DNA of 64,000 nucleotides from Octopus sinensis (Eukaryota): NCBI RefSeq assembly GCF_006345805.1, contig NC_043008.1, forward strand, positions 31,000,001-31,064,000, read 5' to 3'. A program made the position numbers and the translations under genes. The notes under the pieces were generated by a model. It ran no database searches. It was not told where the DNA came from and was given only the letters and a program-made list of their open reading frames with translations. Of this stretch, positions 27,700 to 40,814 are shown in pieces. The number at the start of each line of letters is the position of its first letter. Position 1 is the stretch's first letter.

Positions 27700-29640
27700 T
27701 TGCTAAAAAATCAGACCTTCCGCTCCTGATTTTTTTTTTTTTTTAGTAATAGTTAGATTTTATATAATTTCACTTCCTCTCAGTCCAGTTTGGCAGGTTA
27801 TTAACACTGGAGAAGTTTTTCTCTACAATTGTTACCATTATTCTGCTAGTTCGGTTATCATTTGCATCTTTTTTAACGTTTTCTATTGCTTCGTTCTTAT
27901 CTGAAATTGTTTTTCTCATTAATATTTTGATTATAATTATTACCTTGTTGTGCCCTTATAGTTCGAGAACTTATTTTGGTTTGCGTTGCTATATTCTCTT
28001 ATAATTTAATGAATCTGCTCTTTCTTGCCCAAAACTAAATAGTTATTTCCATTTAGGCCTCTTCTACTGAAACAGATCCTAATGTAGTTTACCCCTCCAG
28101 CTGACCCAATTAGGGTTGGGTTAGCTAGAGAGCTGAGCTACATATTATCAAATATCTTTCCATTTATAACCATCCCGTTTTTCCTAAAGATATCCGAGTG
28201 ACTTGAATCTTCTGGTAAATCAAAATACCATAAAGTGTTTCATTCATTTATTCAAACTGTGGTTTAATTTAGTAAATATTCTAGTTGGATTTTTCCTTCC
28301 ATCTATACACACTGTTCCAGAGCAATTAAACTCATTTCACTCTGGTCTGTCTTCAAGTGCAACCGGTTAATATCAGCTTTCGTATGGCGGGCTCCATATA
28401 TAGGCTCCTGTATTTATACCTATACTTTTATCACTAGTATTATGTACGATTTTTAAATACCTGTCTGACACTTCTATCGTGCATTTTCCCTACATAATAT
28501 ACTCCTCAATTCGCTGTTGGCCTTCTTATATTGAGGTTATACTTTACAACTTTTACTTGCATAATTCGAGCTCTTCTCTGCTATTTTCCTCTAATTTTCT
28601 CGTTTAGATTTTATACTTTATCTTATCACTTTCCGTTACTCGTAGGTACTTGGAAGATTGCTTATATCATGATTCTAGCGTCTAAATCTGACTTCAAATT
28701 TATTTGCTTGTCAGAACACCTTTGGCCCTGATCCAACACTCATTTTTATGTCACATTTATAATCTATGTACATATTTCAATAGGTTTGCCCATGTGGATT
28801 AAATCATTCATATAAATGTAAGGTTTATAGCTTGTTCATGTCATTTGTAACAACCTCAAGATATATATAAGGGATTTAGGTTTTAGTAAAGCCAAGGGCT
28901 AAATATTAGAGAATTTGCGGTAAGGAGTAAGGAGTTCACATGAAACATTCCTGTTATGGGAATATGGCTGTATTTTATCATTTTCTCTCTATGATTAAGT
29001 TTGTTTGCTTTCCGTTTAGATAATTTCCATTTTGACATGGCATGGTTGATATATTTATTCCCTTAGTATATCAAGCCGCTTTGTTTATGTGCAGTTTTTC
29101 CAATATCCATAAATGTGAAATGATGTCGAAGGATTTTCAATAACATACTGAAGTATGGTATGAAATGTGGTATATCTTAGGCTTTTCGATAATCAATCCA
29201 TGACATGCTAAGATTTATGTTTCTTTATTTGCTGTCTTCAGTAACTGCTCGATTTCCCAATATTTGCTCTTTACATCTATACATCGCCCTCTGACACTAT
29301 TCCTGCTGTTCTGATAATATATTTATTATCTTCTAGATGAGCAGCCAGATGGAGAATATAGATATCAGGTATTTACACATTGTTGGTAAACAGGTCTGTA
29401 GCTTTTATAGTTCTTAGTTTTTATAGTTAAAGGAATTAATATCATTTCGCCATCTCTTGGCTGACGTAAAATTTCATGTATACATATTATATACTTTCAC
29501 ATCGATTTCATCCATTCCGACAGTTTTTCACTGACTATCGGTTTTGACTGCCTTGGTAAAATCTTTGCTAGAATTGCTGTGTCAGGTCTATAGAATTATT
29601 TTTGTGCTTTTTGTTTCCCTATTCTTTGTTAGCTATTATG
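27700..29640 (-). mobile_element. R4/Dong-like LINE relic
   Basis: HLED..ILSEQQE*C...CKEQIL...NLSMSWIDYRKA (~29170-29340); HTKADINRLHL (~28360-28390). Confidence 0.75.
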
Positions 29641-29954
29641 AACCTCATTGTGTTGTATAATTTGGTTGTGTATACTCACCCCTAATAAGTTGTGGCACAA
29701 AAATAAAAAAAGACTACATCCCAAACATTAATCTTTTCTCATCAAGACCAGAAAACACTTCATCCTCTCTCAACAACTGATCCTATGCAATGCCCACAGA
29801 AATACTTCTACTATTTCTGCTTTTGTGCTACACACACACACACGCACACACACTCATACACACACACACACACAGACACACACAGACACACACACACACA
29901 CATACATACATGCATATATACATACATACATACATACATACATACATACATACA

Positions 29955-29985
<31 letters not shown>

Positions 29986-30296
29986 CAGCGGTGCTGAAAA
30001 GTTCCTGACTTTAAGGGTCTCGCGAATGGCCTGGTTGTAGACCCAACCTTCCGAGTTCTTTTTTGCTGAATTTTCTTGGAAACAATCTTTTCTTAGTGGT
30101 AAGACCATAGGGGGTCTACTTCTAACATAACAGATGCCCACTTAGTGGTCATCCCTCTTATATGTACGTAATATAACTTTTCTGAATCTTCAGATTTTTC
30201 AACATGCTAGGCCACTGGTTTTAAATTGATATTAATTGAATTAATATTCAATTTTTCACCCTTATTATTTTAGATTTACACACACACACACACACA

Positions 30297-30385
<89 letters not shown>

Positions 30386-30779
30386 AAATTATTATTTCTA
30401 AATCTCTGAATGAGAGACATTCGGTAACAGTACTGTGTAGAAAAGATTATTTAACCAACATAATATGATAGTTACTGTTATTTAGCCCCAGGTAAAATCG
30501 TCCCCAGCTGGCTATACGACATACTATCTGCGTCTTTATATTTTCGAACAAGCGAGTCAAGTGTTCTAACTCAGTTCAAAACAACATCTGCGTACCAATG
30601 ATTTCTGAGTTTTTTCCCCTTCCTCAGCACAGAATAACTGCTCGGCTAGAGATGGTGCCATCAAACTCGTGTTCGAAATACATAATTTTCAAAGTGACAC
30701 ACATCACTGACTTAATAAATCTCTGAACGAGATTTATTAAGCCGTAGCTGATGTTTCTTGGGGCTAAGTAACAGTAATA

Positions 30780-31200
30780 ATACCAAATTAGTTACGCTTC
30801 AGTTCAGTCCATTATCACTGAAGATTTAGGTATGGGACGGTTGTCTGCCAAGTTTGTGCCAAAACTGTTTCCAGCTGACCAGAAAGACACTTGGGTTTCA
30901 GTTGCACAAGATCTTCATTGTATCGACAACGATGAAAAATTCTTGAAAACTTTGCATAGGCCTCTGAGCAGGTATCTTTTGGCAAAATTTGATGCAGATT
31001 CTCTGCTCAACTTTCTCTATCATTGTCAATGCGACGATCACACGCTACACACCCTCCTTCCAAGCACTGCTGTAAACAGCGAAAGTGAGCTAGAACGTTA
31101 AAACTTCGTGCACATACACGACGGAGTTCAAGGTCAATCTGTGCCAAGCGGCTTTACTCTGTCTGCTTTAGCTTCGTTACTATAGCATTATTTCGGATAC
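30780..31200. mobile_element. Rearranged mariner relic: internal piece on +, 5' end on -
   Basis: Plus strand EDLGMGRLSAKFVPKLF...DEKFLKT (WVPxxL motif) abuts minus strand MIEKVEQRICIKFCQK. Confidence 0.8.
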
Positions 31201-31304
31201 TTATTGATCAGACTATGCGTGTGTATGTGTGTGTTTGTGTGTGTGTATGTGTTTGTGCGTGTGTGTGCGTGTGCGTACGTGTGTGTGTGTGTGTGTGTGT
31301 GTGT

Positions 31305-32490
31305 GTACAAAGTAGACCGCAAAATTGTCACGCTCACAAATCTTTATCGATTTGCAATTTTTCCAGATAAGACACCTGGCCATACTGACACCAATTTTTG
31401 TAAGAATCAGTGGAATAGCCATTGATACATTTATTTAGAAAGTAAACAGGCTGAAATCGTTTTGTACCAGCCTCATCATGTCTTCCCAAATAAGCAATTT
31501 TGAGAGAGCTAAGTAATAGTACCAACATACATTCTCTGGCTTCCATCTTCAAAGTCCATTCAAGAACTATCAAGTGAGTTGTAAATAAGCTTGAGAAAGA
31601 GGAAATGGTGGAAAGTAAAACTGCATTAGGATGTCATAACCACCAAAGGAATCATCATTTCAACTTGGAGCTTAAGAAGAGACCCAAATCAATCAATAAA
31701 AGTTTGGCACGTAAGAGAGAAGTTTCAGCTATGAAAGTTCCAAGAGCGGCGACAGAAGACTTGAAAATGAAATCGTACTGAGACCTGAGAAGCACCTTGT
31801 TACTCCAAAAGTTAGAAGACTGAAGATGGTAAAGATCATCTTGAACAAGCTGAAACATAATCCTGCAATGATCATTTACACAGATGAGAAGAATTTTACG
31901 CCAGATACGCACACAAACAGCCGCAATAGCTGCGTTCTGGTTTCACACACTCATGAGGGAATCAAAACCTTGCCAAGATGATGTGTTAGCAAAATGCCAT
32001 TGATCATCTTTGAGAAGACTAGAGACTGACAGGAGTATGTTATGTTTGGGTTTTGAAAGATGTAGAATCCTGAATTCTTTCTGCATATCCTGGGGTAAGA
32101 GACGAGGGAAACCCCAACAAGATCGCTAAGAACTTCAAGTTTACATTCCAGCGAGATTGAGTTCCTTGTCACACAAGTGCAGTGGCTCCAAAATTTCCCA
32201 GGGTTCAGTTTGGGAACATGTTTGGAGATAAGGACACCAGGCCTCCTTCGTCACCTGGTTTGAACCCTTTCGACTTAAGCATCTGGAATTAAATGGTCAG
32301 AAAAGTTTGTGAGAAGCACCACAGTAACCTACAAACCCTCAAAAATTCCATCCATAAGACATAGGATGAAGACATTAATGTGGAATTCTTTAAGAAAACT
32401 TCTGGTTCAGTCAGGAACAGGATTGAGAAAGTCATTGCCAAGAGAGGAGTAACTCTTAATGTGCTTGACAGGTAGAATTTCGGCCTTATA
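31305..32490 (+). mobile_element. Tc1/mariner maT (DD37D)-like transposon relic
   Basis: EDLKMKSY..KHLVT...YTDEKNFT...NSRN and PPSSPGLNPFDLSIW. Confidence 0.75.
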
Positions 32491-32633
32491 TATGTGTGTG
32501 TGTGCGCGCGAGTGTGTGTGTGTGTAAGTGTGTGTGTACATGTGTGTCTGTATACATGTGTGTGTGTACACACTTTAGCAGCTGATAACTCAATTGATGT
32601 TTTTTTCTTTCTACATTAAACCCATTGGCATTA

Positions 32634-33813
32634 ATGATGGCAGTCAGACTAAGCTTGGAACAAAGGAAATTCATTCTGAAATACTACTGGAAGTGTGAAA
32701 ACGCAGCTGAAGTGCAAAGACAGTTTAGGAGGAAGGTTTCAAAGAGATTCACCAACGCCGCTTATCATTACTCGAATAGGAGATAAGTTTGAAGCCGATG
32801 GAACTGTTCAGAATGTCCACCAGAAGCGTTCCGGAAGACTACGAACATCGACAACCCCACAAAGCAAGCAGGAGTACTGGGAACGTATCCTTAAAGTCGA
32901 AGAAAATCTGTGCGGCAAGCGAGTCGTGAGGTAGGTATTTCAAAATCGTCTGTCCAACGCATTTTGAAGCGTTGTCAAAGGAAAAGTTACGTTCCAAGAT
33001 TAGTCCATGCTATTAATGATGATGATCCAGACCAAAGAGTACAGTATTGCGAGTGGTACTTGGCACGATGTGTAGAAGATGCACACTTTCCAAGAAAGCT
33101 TGTGTGGAGTGATGAGGCCATATACAAATTAAATGGTTCATTTAACTGCCACAATTGCCTCTACTGAGAACCTGAGAATCCGCATGTTATGGTGGAACAC
33201 CATGTTAATTTACCAGGAGTTACTGTAAGGTGTGGTTTATCATGAAGGGGATTAATTGGACCGTTTTTTGTTTTTGACGTTATTGTGACTGGTCCGGTTT
33301 ACTTGAACTTGCTGCAACAGTTTGTCATGCCAAGCATTAGAGAATGCTTTAAAGATGAGGAGTTTTATTTTCAGCAAGATGTGGCAATCCCACACTACCA
33401 TCGCGATGTTTGCCCCTTCCTTAATGAGATCTTGCCAAACAGGTAGACTGGACGAAGGAATTTCGTTGAATACCCTCTGAGTTCACCAGATCTCACACCA
33501 CTAGGCTTTTTTATGGGGATACCTAAAAGAGAAAGTCTATGATATGGAACCTGCAACAGTCACTGATTTGAGAGCGGCCATTGAACGAGAATGCACACAA
33601 ATACCAAACGAATTGTTCTGTGATGTTTGCGACTCCATTGCTTCGCCTGGTCAGCAGTGCCTGGACCAGAACTGATGTCAGTTTGAAAGGGATTGACAAA
33701 ACAATAAAATAATGTCTGTAGACTCTATTAAATTTTGAAAATGAAATGTATTTTAATAAACACCTACTTTACAATTATTTAAAGTATGAATACATTTGGT
33801 GGGGCACCCCGTA
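32634..33813 (+). mobile_element. Tc1/mariner DD41D (rosa-like) transposase pseudogene with right terminus
   Basis: MMAVRLSLEQRKFILK...SGRLRT...VWSDEA...FQQD followed by exactly 41 codons to the SPDLTPL(D>G) position; ends ggggcaccccgTA. Confidence 0.88.
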
Positions 33814-34304
33814 TATATATATATATATGTGTGTGTGCGTGTGTGCATGTGTGTGCGTGTGTGCATGTGTGTGCGTGTGTGTGCGCGCGAGTGTATGTGT
33901 GTGTGTTAAATAAACTTAGACACCAAAACCTATCCCCCCACCTTAGTGCCATTCAAACATATCACCTCCACCTCCCACTTCTCACACATATTCCTTCCTT
34001 ACATGCTTATCTCTTCTTTCTATCCCTCCCCTATTCCTTTTATCCTGATAGCTCTCTTCTTCCACCCGCTCACAATATCTTGACCACCATCTAGTAATCC
34101 TTTTTCTTTCTTTTTCCCCTATTCCTTTTGACTACTACCATTCTCCTCCAAACATACATATCTATTATCTTCTCTTTGTCTACTTACCCCTACAAGTACA
34201 TTCTCAAAATTTCATTCACACCACAAGACGTCTTTGAATGAACAGTACATGGAATTTATGACTCTACACTATCCACTTGTAACAACAAAATATGAGCTGT
34301 TCTA

Positions 34305-34428
34305 TATTTAAGAGATGAAGAATTATGTACATTATTTACATTTGACGGATATTTGTCCTCATCTTGTTTGTTGTTAACACAGCCTTCATCAGGTGTCTTG
34401 GGGAAATTTCGAACCTGGGTTCTCATTT
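34305..34428 (-). mobile_element. Penelope pseudo-LTR fragment with a half-deleted hammerhead
   Basis: Minus strand gacacCTGATGAaggctgtgtt: core box and 5' stem II are present, the GAAA half is missing. The family assignment is inference. Confidence 0.4.
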
Positions 34429-34429
34429 T

Positions 34430-36272
34430 GTCCACCTTTACCTCTCTTCATGTAAAGCCTATGTACATTTGCCTTGGGGTGGAGGGTACCATGCATTGTC
34501 ATTGCCTTTCGGGTAATGCGATCGAGTTGTTCAATCTCCGCTCTTGTCCTTCTCAAGATGGGTGTACTATAGTGGACTACAGCAACAGCCCATATGTTGA
34601 TGGCAGTCACAAGGTTCCTTGAGTTGGGCTTTGATTTCAAGAGAAATTTGAGGCGCTTGAAATATGCAGTGATGATCTTGTCTTTCATTTCTCCGTGCAA
34701 GATATTGTCCAGCTCCAGGATCCCAAAGTACTTGTACCCATCATCATCCGGGGCTTCCATTCTCACTCCGTTTGGCAACGGAGTTCCGATCGCACGGAGT
34801 GAATCCACTCAGCACTGTGGTTGTGCAAAACTTCTCCCCCCCCCCAATTTTTATTCCAAAATTGGCGGGTTTCTTCTGCTTCATGTGTATTATCTTCTGT
34901 ATATCCACCTTAGCCCTTAAAAACTGCCCCTGGTTATTTGAGAATAACCGGCTTTGCTGGAATTGCGATATGCGATCAGTGTAACGCTGCACGCGTTTAG
35001 GGTTTTGATGACAATTTTGAACCCTTTCTTTTCTATTAAGTACTTCACGTCAAGACATACCCTTACACTTTCTTTTCCATTTTTCCATTGCATTTTTGAC
35101 CACTGTTCTATGCGGCTCAGATCTTTATGCAAAGTTAGAATATTGCCTTCAGTTCTCCGCTTCCACAATGGCTTCTGTCCGTCTACTTTCCTCTCTTTCT
35201 TTCCAACCAGTTCACCTACTAACCTTAAAGCGGATCTGATCAAGTCTCTTGTTTCTGGTAGATCTTTTGTCAGAATGTGTTTCAGAATATCATTAACTTT
35301 TTGGGTCGCACGTTTGAGTCACATTGTTATGGACGAAGCTTCTTAGATTTACCGATTTAGTCTCTGTTCTTGTTATTCGTGTATCCTGGAGTCTTTTCCT
35401 GAGGCATCTCTGTTCCTCAGTCATATCCGCTCTTATTTCAGGCTTTTCTACATTATAATGATTGGCCGGCCTCTCCTCTACAACTTAACCTTGCCTTACG
35501 CATTCACTGATCTTCCCCTACGTTATTCTCCTCGAGATTCTGACCACTACAGAGGCATTTCCTGTTTGTCTGAATCTGGGATTCATTAAGAAAGCCTCTA
35601 TTCCCAATTATTCTTATCTGATTCATAAGTCCATTTTCAGTAATCTGAAACACACCCAGCTGGTTCCAAAGTTCTAATGATCTTTTACCAACAGCTTTAC
35701 ATTTGCCATTGTTCTTGTCTAGCAAGGCCTGTTCATGGCACTGGATCGTCCTTTGGTTCATTTCAACAGACCACTTGCGTTTTCAAGCACGTTGCATAAT
35801 TAGGCCAGTACAAGGACTGTTTTTGTAGTATGGCTGGCAGGTGTTGAATAATACTGGACCCACCCTGCTACACAGTGGGGTAACTGCCGGGTGCGGTACC
35901 TTCCCCATTGGTTCTAGTCCCGTTCACACCGTTATCGTCATTTATTTTGCTTGGCATTTTCAGTCACAAATGTGATGCATTTTTCGGATACTTCCAACCG
36001 GTATTTTTATCGAGACACCATCTCTATCAAGGTAGTCTGTCAAGGCGCAGGGTCCCTGCTCCCCTGGTTTGGGGCTTGGAGTTTTCCTTCTTCTAGGCTG
36101 CCTACCAAGGTTAACGAGTACAGCCTAACCGGAGCACTGGTTATTTGGAGGCGCCAAATACTCGCCTTTTCCCAAACTTCTCCTGTAGGAGTAGAGCTTG
36201 ACTACTGTGACTAAGGGGTTCTATCTATACCGGTTTTGAAATCAGAGTATTCCTTCTCCTGAGACAGATTGC

Positions 36273-36273
<1 letters not shown>
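34430..36273 (-). mobile_element. R4/Dong-like LINE with 5' UTR and RT core deleted
   Basis: LELWNQLGVFQITENGLMNQIRII; PLWKRR; RYTDRISQFQQSRLFSNNQ joined at ~34800 to GYKYFGILE...LHPKANVHRLYMKR. 5' end abuts (TAA)n. Confidence 0.88.
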
Positions 36274-36308
<35 letters not shown>

Positions 36309-36309
<1 letters not shown>

Positions 36310-36505
36310 GGCGGCGAGCTGGAAGAATCATCAGCACGCCGGGCACAATGCTTAGCAGCATTCCCTCCGTCCTTACGCTCTGAGTGTAAATTCAGCCTTT
36401 CATCCCTTCGGGGTCGATAAAATATGTACCTGTTACGCACTGGAGTCGATGTAATCGATTATTTCCCCTTCTCAGATTTCAGGCCTTGTGCCTATAGTAG
36501 AAAGA
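36309..36505 (+). mobile_element. SINE with cctttcatcc(c/t)ttcggggtcgataaa core (Meta-like domain), within (TTA)n
   Basis: Homologous to 60214-60428, 62713-62910 and the stub at 62990-63020. Confidence 0.8.
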
Positions 36506-37249
36506 ATTATTATTATCACTGTTGTGGTTGTTGTTGCTGTTAATGTCTTTCGAATATAATTTTTTTTTAATGTATAATTATTCTTATAAAGGGAACGCCA
36601 TTCTTCCCATTCTTCAGAGTATTTACGCGGAATGTCAGGTTTTTTTTCATTTTAATTTTAAGTAATTATCTGGTAAAGCGAGATAAGCGATCTCTGATGA
36701 GTCATTAAAATCGTCGTTTTGGTTATCATCTCAACTTTCCGAAGCCTATTACGTTTATCTATGTCTACTTTCACAGTGAGACTAAGCATATGCATATTAC
36801 TTGTATTCTACATAGCCTCTGCACACACGCACAGTTGCTTTGCAAATGAGCATTAAATGTGTGTACGTGTGTGTGTGCATGTGTGTCTATCAGCGCACGA
36901 TGGCGGAATCGGTGCGGTAAACAAAAATTCATTGAAATATTTCGTTGTATTACTGTCAAGTGCGTCTGTATCTACTTTATGTTTTCTCTTGCAGTGTTTG
37001 ATAAAATAAAATACCCTCCAATGATTTAATATGTATGTGTGCATGTGCGTATGTGCATGTATGTAAGTACGTGCGTATATGTATGTATATGCGTGTATGT
37101 ATATATATATACACACATATATATATAGTTTACTGTTCCGTTAAGATAGGATCAACAAAATGTACTCAATCCAAATAGAGGTAAATATTATTTAATGTAC
37201 ACAGTATAAAGATACGAGCTGCTAATAGTTTTTTGCTTTGGAAACGTTG

Positions 37250-38860
37250 GTCTAGACAGCTTTTTATAGCACACTTTTCATCTCCAACCAATCTCAGGCT
37301 GTGAGGTCTATTCAATTTATAAATCAGGAGAAATCATGAGAAAACAACGAGAAGATATATGCAAAGATTCGAAGGATGAATAGAAACAAAAAAAGGAAAA
37401 TGAAAGAAAAATTAGGGTTATGTCCTCATTGACTTTAAAGCCATAATTAAGCTACTTCTTTTAAAGTAATTCAACCCCGTGTTCCAACGTCTGCAAGACA
37501 GCTGCTCGATTCGGAGAGGGTGGCGTCCTGCAGTTCGCCAAAAGAAGTTGTCCATATGTTTGCATTTACTGAAAATTTCTGATCTGGAATTTAGTAGTGC
37601 GGTGAAATTCTTAGATATATAAAAAGAATATGCGGTCTTTCAGCTACGCATAAGTTACATTTCTTAGGTCAATTAACATATAGCATGGATTTCTCTACAA
37701 TTCTTCACTTGATTGTATGAGGTGTGCTGTTAGTCTACAAACTCCATACGTTGGTACCCAACTTAGTGAGTTTCTTTTGCCTATGTACCGGAAAGAAGAT
37801 AAGAGGTTTGTATAACGTCTTTTGAAATCGCCTTCTCATAACCCAATTTCATTTTTCTTTCCGATTAGGTTATCTTGAAGCGTTGCTGTGACTTTTGCTC
37901 CATATACGACGGAGCTTATCATACATACCTGGTTAAGTTGGCAGACTTGCGTGTTTCGATAGTTACAACTGGGAGTGAGCCCTAGGTGACGCTCACAAGT
38001 GATTATGACCTTCTCGAGCGTATGTTAAAAATCTTCCTGTATTTATACCTACGTTAGTTTTAGCATTTAGGGATAAAGTGAGGGGGAGCAACCATATTCT
38101 TTTCTTAGCTGTATTTTTAGATCTATTTTTATGATTCATACTTTTACTTGAAGGGTTGTAATATTTCTTATGGTACGGTTATAAGAGTGGGAGTTTAGAT
38201 CTGAGGAAACATTCAAAATATTGACCTTTGGCAAATTAGTATACGCGGTAATTTTGAGGCCTAATTAACTGAATATATTAATGAGTTTTTCCTAAATTTA
38301 TCCCAGCCATGAGATATTCCTAACCCATCGTACCGATTCAGACCAACATCACAGGATGGGAACTTGTGTCTCAGTGTATTTAATATAAAGAGATCTATAA
38401 GATTGCAGGTATCTGCACTATCATACGATCACCCCCTTTGTACATCAACCAATTCATCTGTATCGGTTTAGAACTCAGTGTATTTAATATAAAGAGAACT
38501 TGGGTCCTAATGTATTTAATATAAAGATACCTACAAGAACGCAGATGTCTGCACTATCATACGATCATCTCGGTACATCATACGATACCCGCGGTATATA
38601 TGGTCTATATCAGCATATGTTTTAACGAACTCAATTACTTTATCAAGTGGCGATCTTGATTTTGAGGGATAAAAATCTATCATATCAAACTCTCAAAATC
38701 TGGTCCTCTTCTTATCCTTTAAATTCTTAAACCGAATTATTACAGAGCTGCTATTATCCCATTGCAGTAACATAGTAGTATCTTTAATTCTGATATTAGT
38801 ATCCCTTATTACTTCTTTTTTGGCTGCTAAACCGATTTCATTCCTCACTTGGTATAACGA
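37250..38860 (-). mobile_element. Naiad-type Penelope-like element relic (RT plus GIY-YIG)
   Basis: RNEIG...QWDNSSSVI; FDMIDFYPS; SYDSADTCNLIDLFILN; GLNRYDGLG; CNYRNTQVCQLNQVC; VVY...IGL*EGDFKRRY; CNLC; LLNSRSEIFSKCKH. Confidence 0.85.
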
Positions 38861-39208
38861 TCTACATGTAACCCAGAATTGATGTCGAGCAATCATTACA
38901 ATATGTAACATCAAACTTGCGGCCTCCAAACTCGACTGATTTAAATTCCATGGACTACTACGTTTGTTGAAAGTGAAACAGGTTGGTTGACATTCTCACT
39001 ATATCAACGCTTCACTGAAATCGCCATTGTCCAATTAATCACCAAAATTAATAAAGACTAACTATTTAGTGCAGGTATCTTAACGATTCTGGTTTCGTAT
39101 AGAAGCAGTCATTGAAGATATGCTATAAGAAAGGGTATGGAGAAAATGTGCACAATATTTTATTAAAATTAACTCAATATGTCCTCAAATACCTCTCGCA
39201 TCCTGTGT
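38860..39208 (+). mobile_element. Tc1/maT-like transposase 3' fragment
   Basis: PPNSTDLNSMDYYV at ~38920-38965; ends catcctgtgTA. Confidence 0.6.
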
Positions 39209-39441
39209 ATGTATATATGTATGTGTGTGTGTGCGTGTGTGTTTGTGTGTGCGAATGCAGATATGTGTGTGTGTTAGTGTGTGCGTGCGTGTGTGTGTAT
39301 GTGTGTGTGCGTGTGTGTGTGCGTATGTGTGTGCGTGTGTGTGTGTGTGTGTGTATGTGTGTGCGTGTGTGTTTGTGTGTGCGAATGCAGATATGTGTGT
39401 GTGTGTTAGTGTGTGCGTGCGTGTGTGTATGTGTGTGTGTG

Positions 39442-39472
<31 letters not shown>

Positions 39473-39839
39473 TGTGTGTGTGTGCTTGTGCGCACTTGAA
39501 TATGTATGTATGTCTGATTTTATGTAAATGTCGTTTAGAACTGGTGTGTAAACTTAAAGGTTCAGAAAACAGAAAACAACAAAATAAATACCAGTTTTAA
39601 CAAAAGTACTAAACCCTTAAAGGCGGCGCGCCAGTATGGCTAGTGCCCAATACTTGTTACCAGGAAATTAATAAAAGAATATTTTATTTGTGTGCGTGGG
39701 TGTATATGTGTGTGACTGAACTTACAATATCTTTATTTTATCTTTTGATCATGTATCCACTATGCCTCGCTCTTATATAAGATTTATTGACACACCGTCT
39801 CCATCTACAACATTAATCTGTTGACATTAGTTACAAATA

Positions 39840-39915
39840 TAAGAGTACATATGTTTCGTTGAATCATGCAATCGTTTTTGGCCTACGAAAACATCAACGT
39901 TTTCATTAGATCTTA
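39840..39915 (-). ncRNA. Type I hammerhead ribozyme relic
   Basis: taagat-CUAAUGA-aaac-GUUGA...UCAAC-GAAA-cauaug-UA-cucuua; stem I 5 bp, stem II 5 bp, palindromic stem III; G5A mutation. Confidence 0.65.
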
Positions 39916-40414
39916 ACAAATCACTTCAATTTATCTACCAAAAATCAAAAGAAATCAATTTTCTCCTCGAAATCATTTCAATATTTTCTCAGTACTAATG
40001 AGCAACGGTTATGAGAAAATACTTCTAGCAATTTATACTCATAAAGTATGAAAAACTTGGACAATAGCCATTAGGCAGTCACGCTCCACCTATGGCTTTA
40101 AATATAAAATCAGCCAGCTTCTGTTCAGTGCTCTTTCACTCAATCACACTTTATCTCTTCCTCTCTATTTCTTTCATTATTGCTCGCCCACCTCCTATCT
40201 TTCCTTATACATCCACACAAGCACACATAAATATAACTATATATATATACATATATATTCATAATATTCATATGTATATATCTGTATATATATATGCATA
40301 TGATATATATATACATATGATATATGTATATATATATATATTTATATATATTTATATATGTATGTATATATATATAGATATATATATATAGATATATAAA
40401 CAACTTATATAAGA

Positions 40415-40445
<31 letters not shown>

Positions 40446-40448
40446 GGC

Positions 40449-40557
<109 letters not shown>

Positions 40558-40614
40558 TGAAGGCGCTTGACTTAGTGGTTAAGGCCTTGTGCCTAGAGTA
40601 GAAAAGAATATTAA

Positions 40615-40812
40615 CGTCGGCGGGTTGCTTATTGAAGTCTATCCATCAGATCTATTGTTTGTAGGTCACCCCCAATGGGGCTAACCATCTAGTTTCCGTG
40701 AAGCATCAACCGCTAAGCGTGACTGAATTAAAAGGAACAGCCTAAAAAAGCACAAGAATTACAGGCGGATAACACAGTGTCACAGCGAGCAAAAACACAC
40801 GTCGGTTCGGCG
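40615..40812 (-). mobile_element. Second copy of the 5' region of the 40815-43100 element
   Basis: Diverged direct repeat of 42868-43095 (ccatcagatct...gtaggtcaccccaa; gataacacagtg). Confidence 0.75.
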
Positions 40813-40814
40813 GA

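Noticed and set aside
36685-36730. CTGATGAGTC as a hammerhead core
   Set aside because: No matching GAC-GAAA or stem I downstream.
37200-37450. SECIS element downstream of the second Naiad
   Set aside because: AUGA/AA/GA candidates do not form a credible stem.
38370-38570. Repeat-spacer-like pattern (CRISPR-like)
   Set aside because: Irregular internal duplications of Naiad RT coding sequence in a eukaryotic genome.
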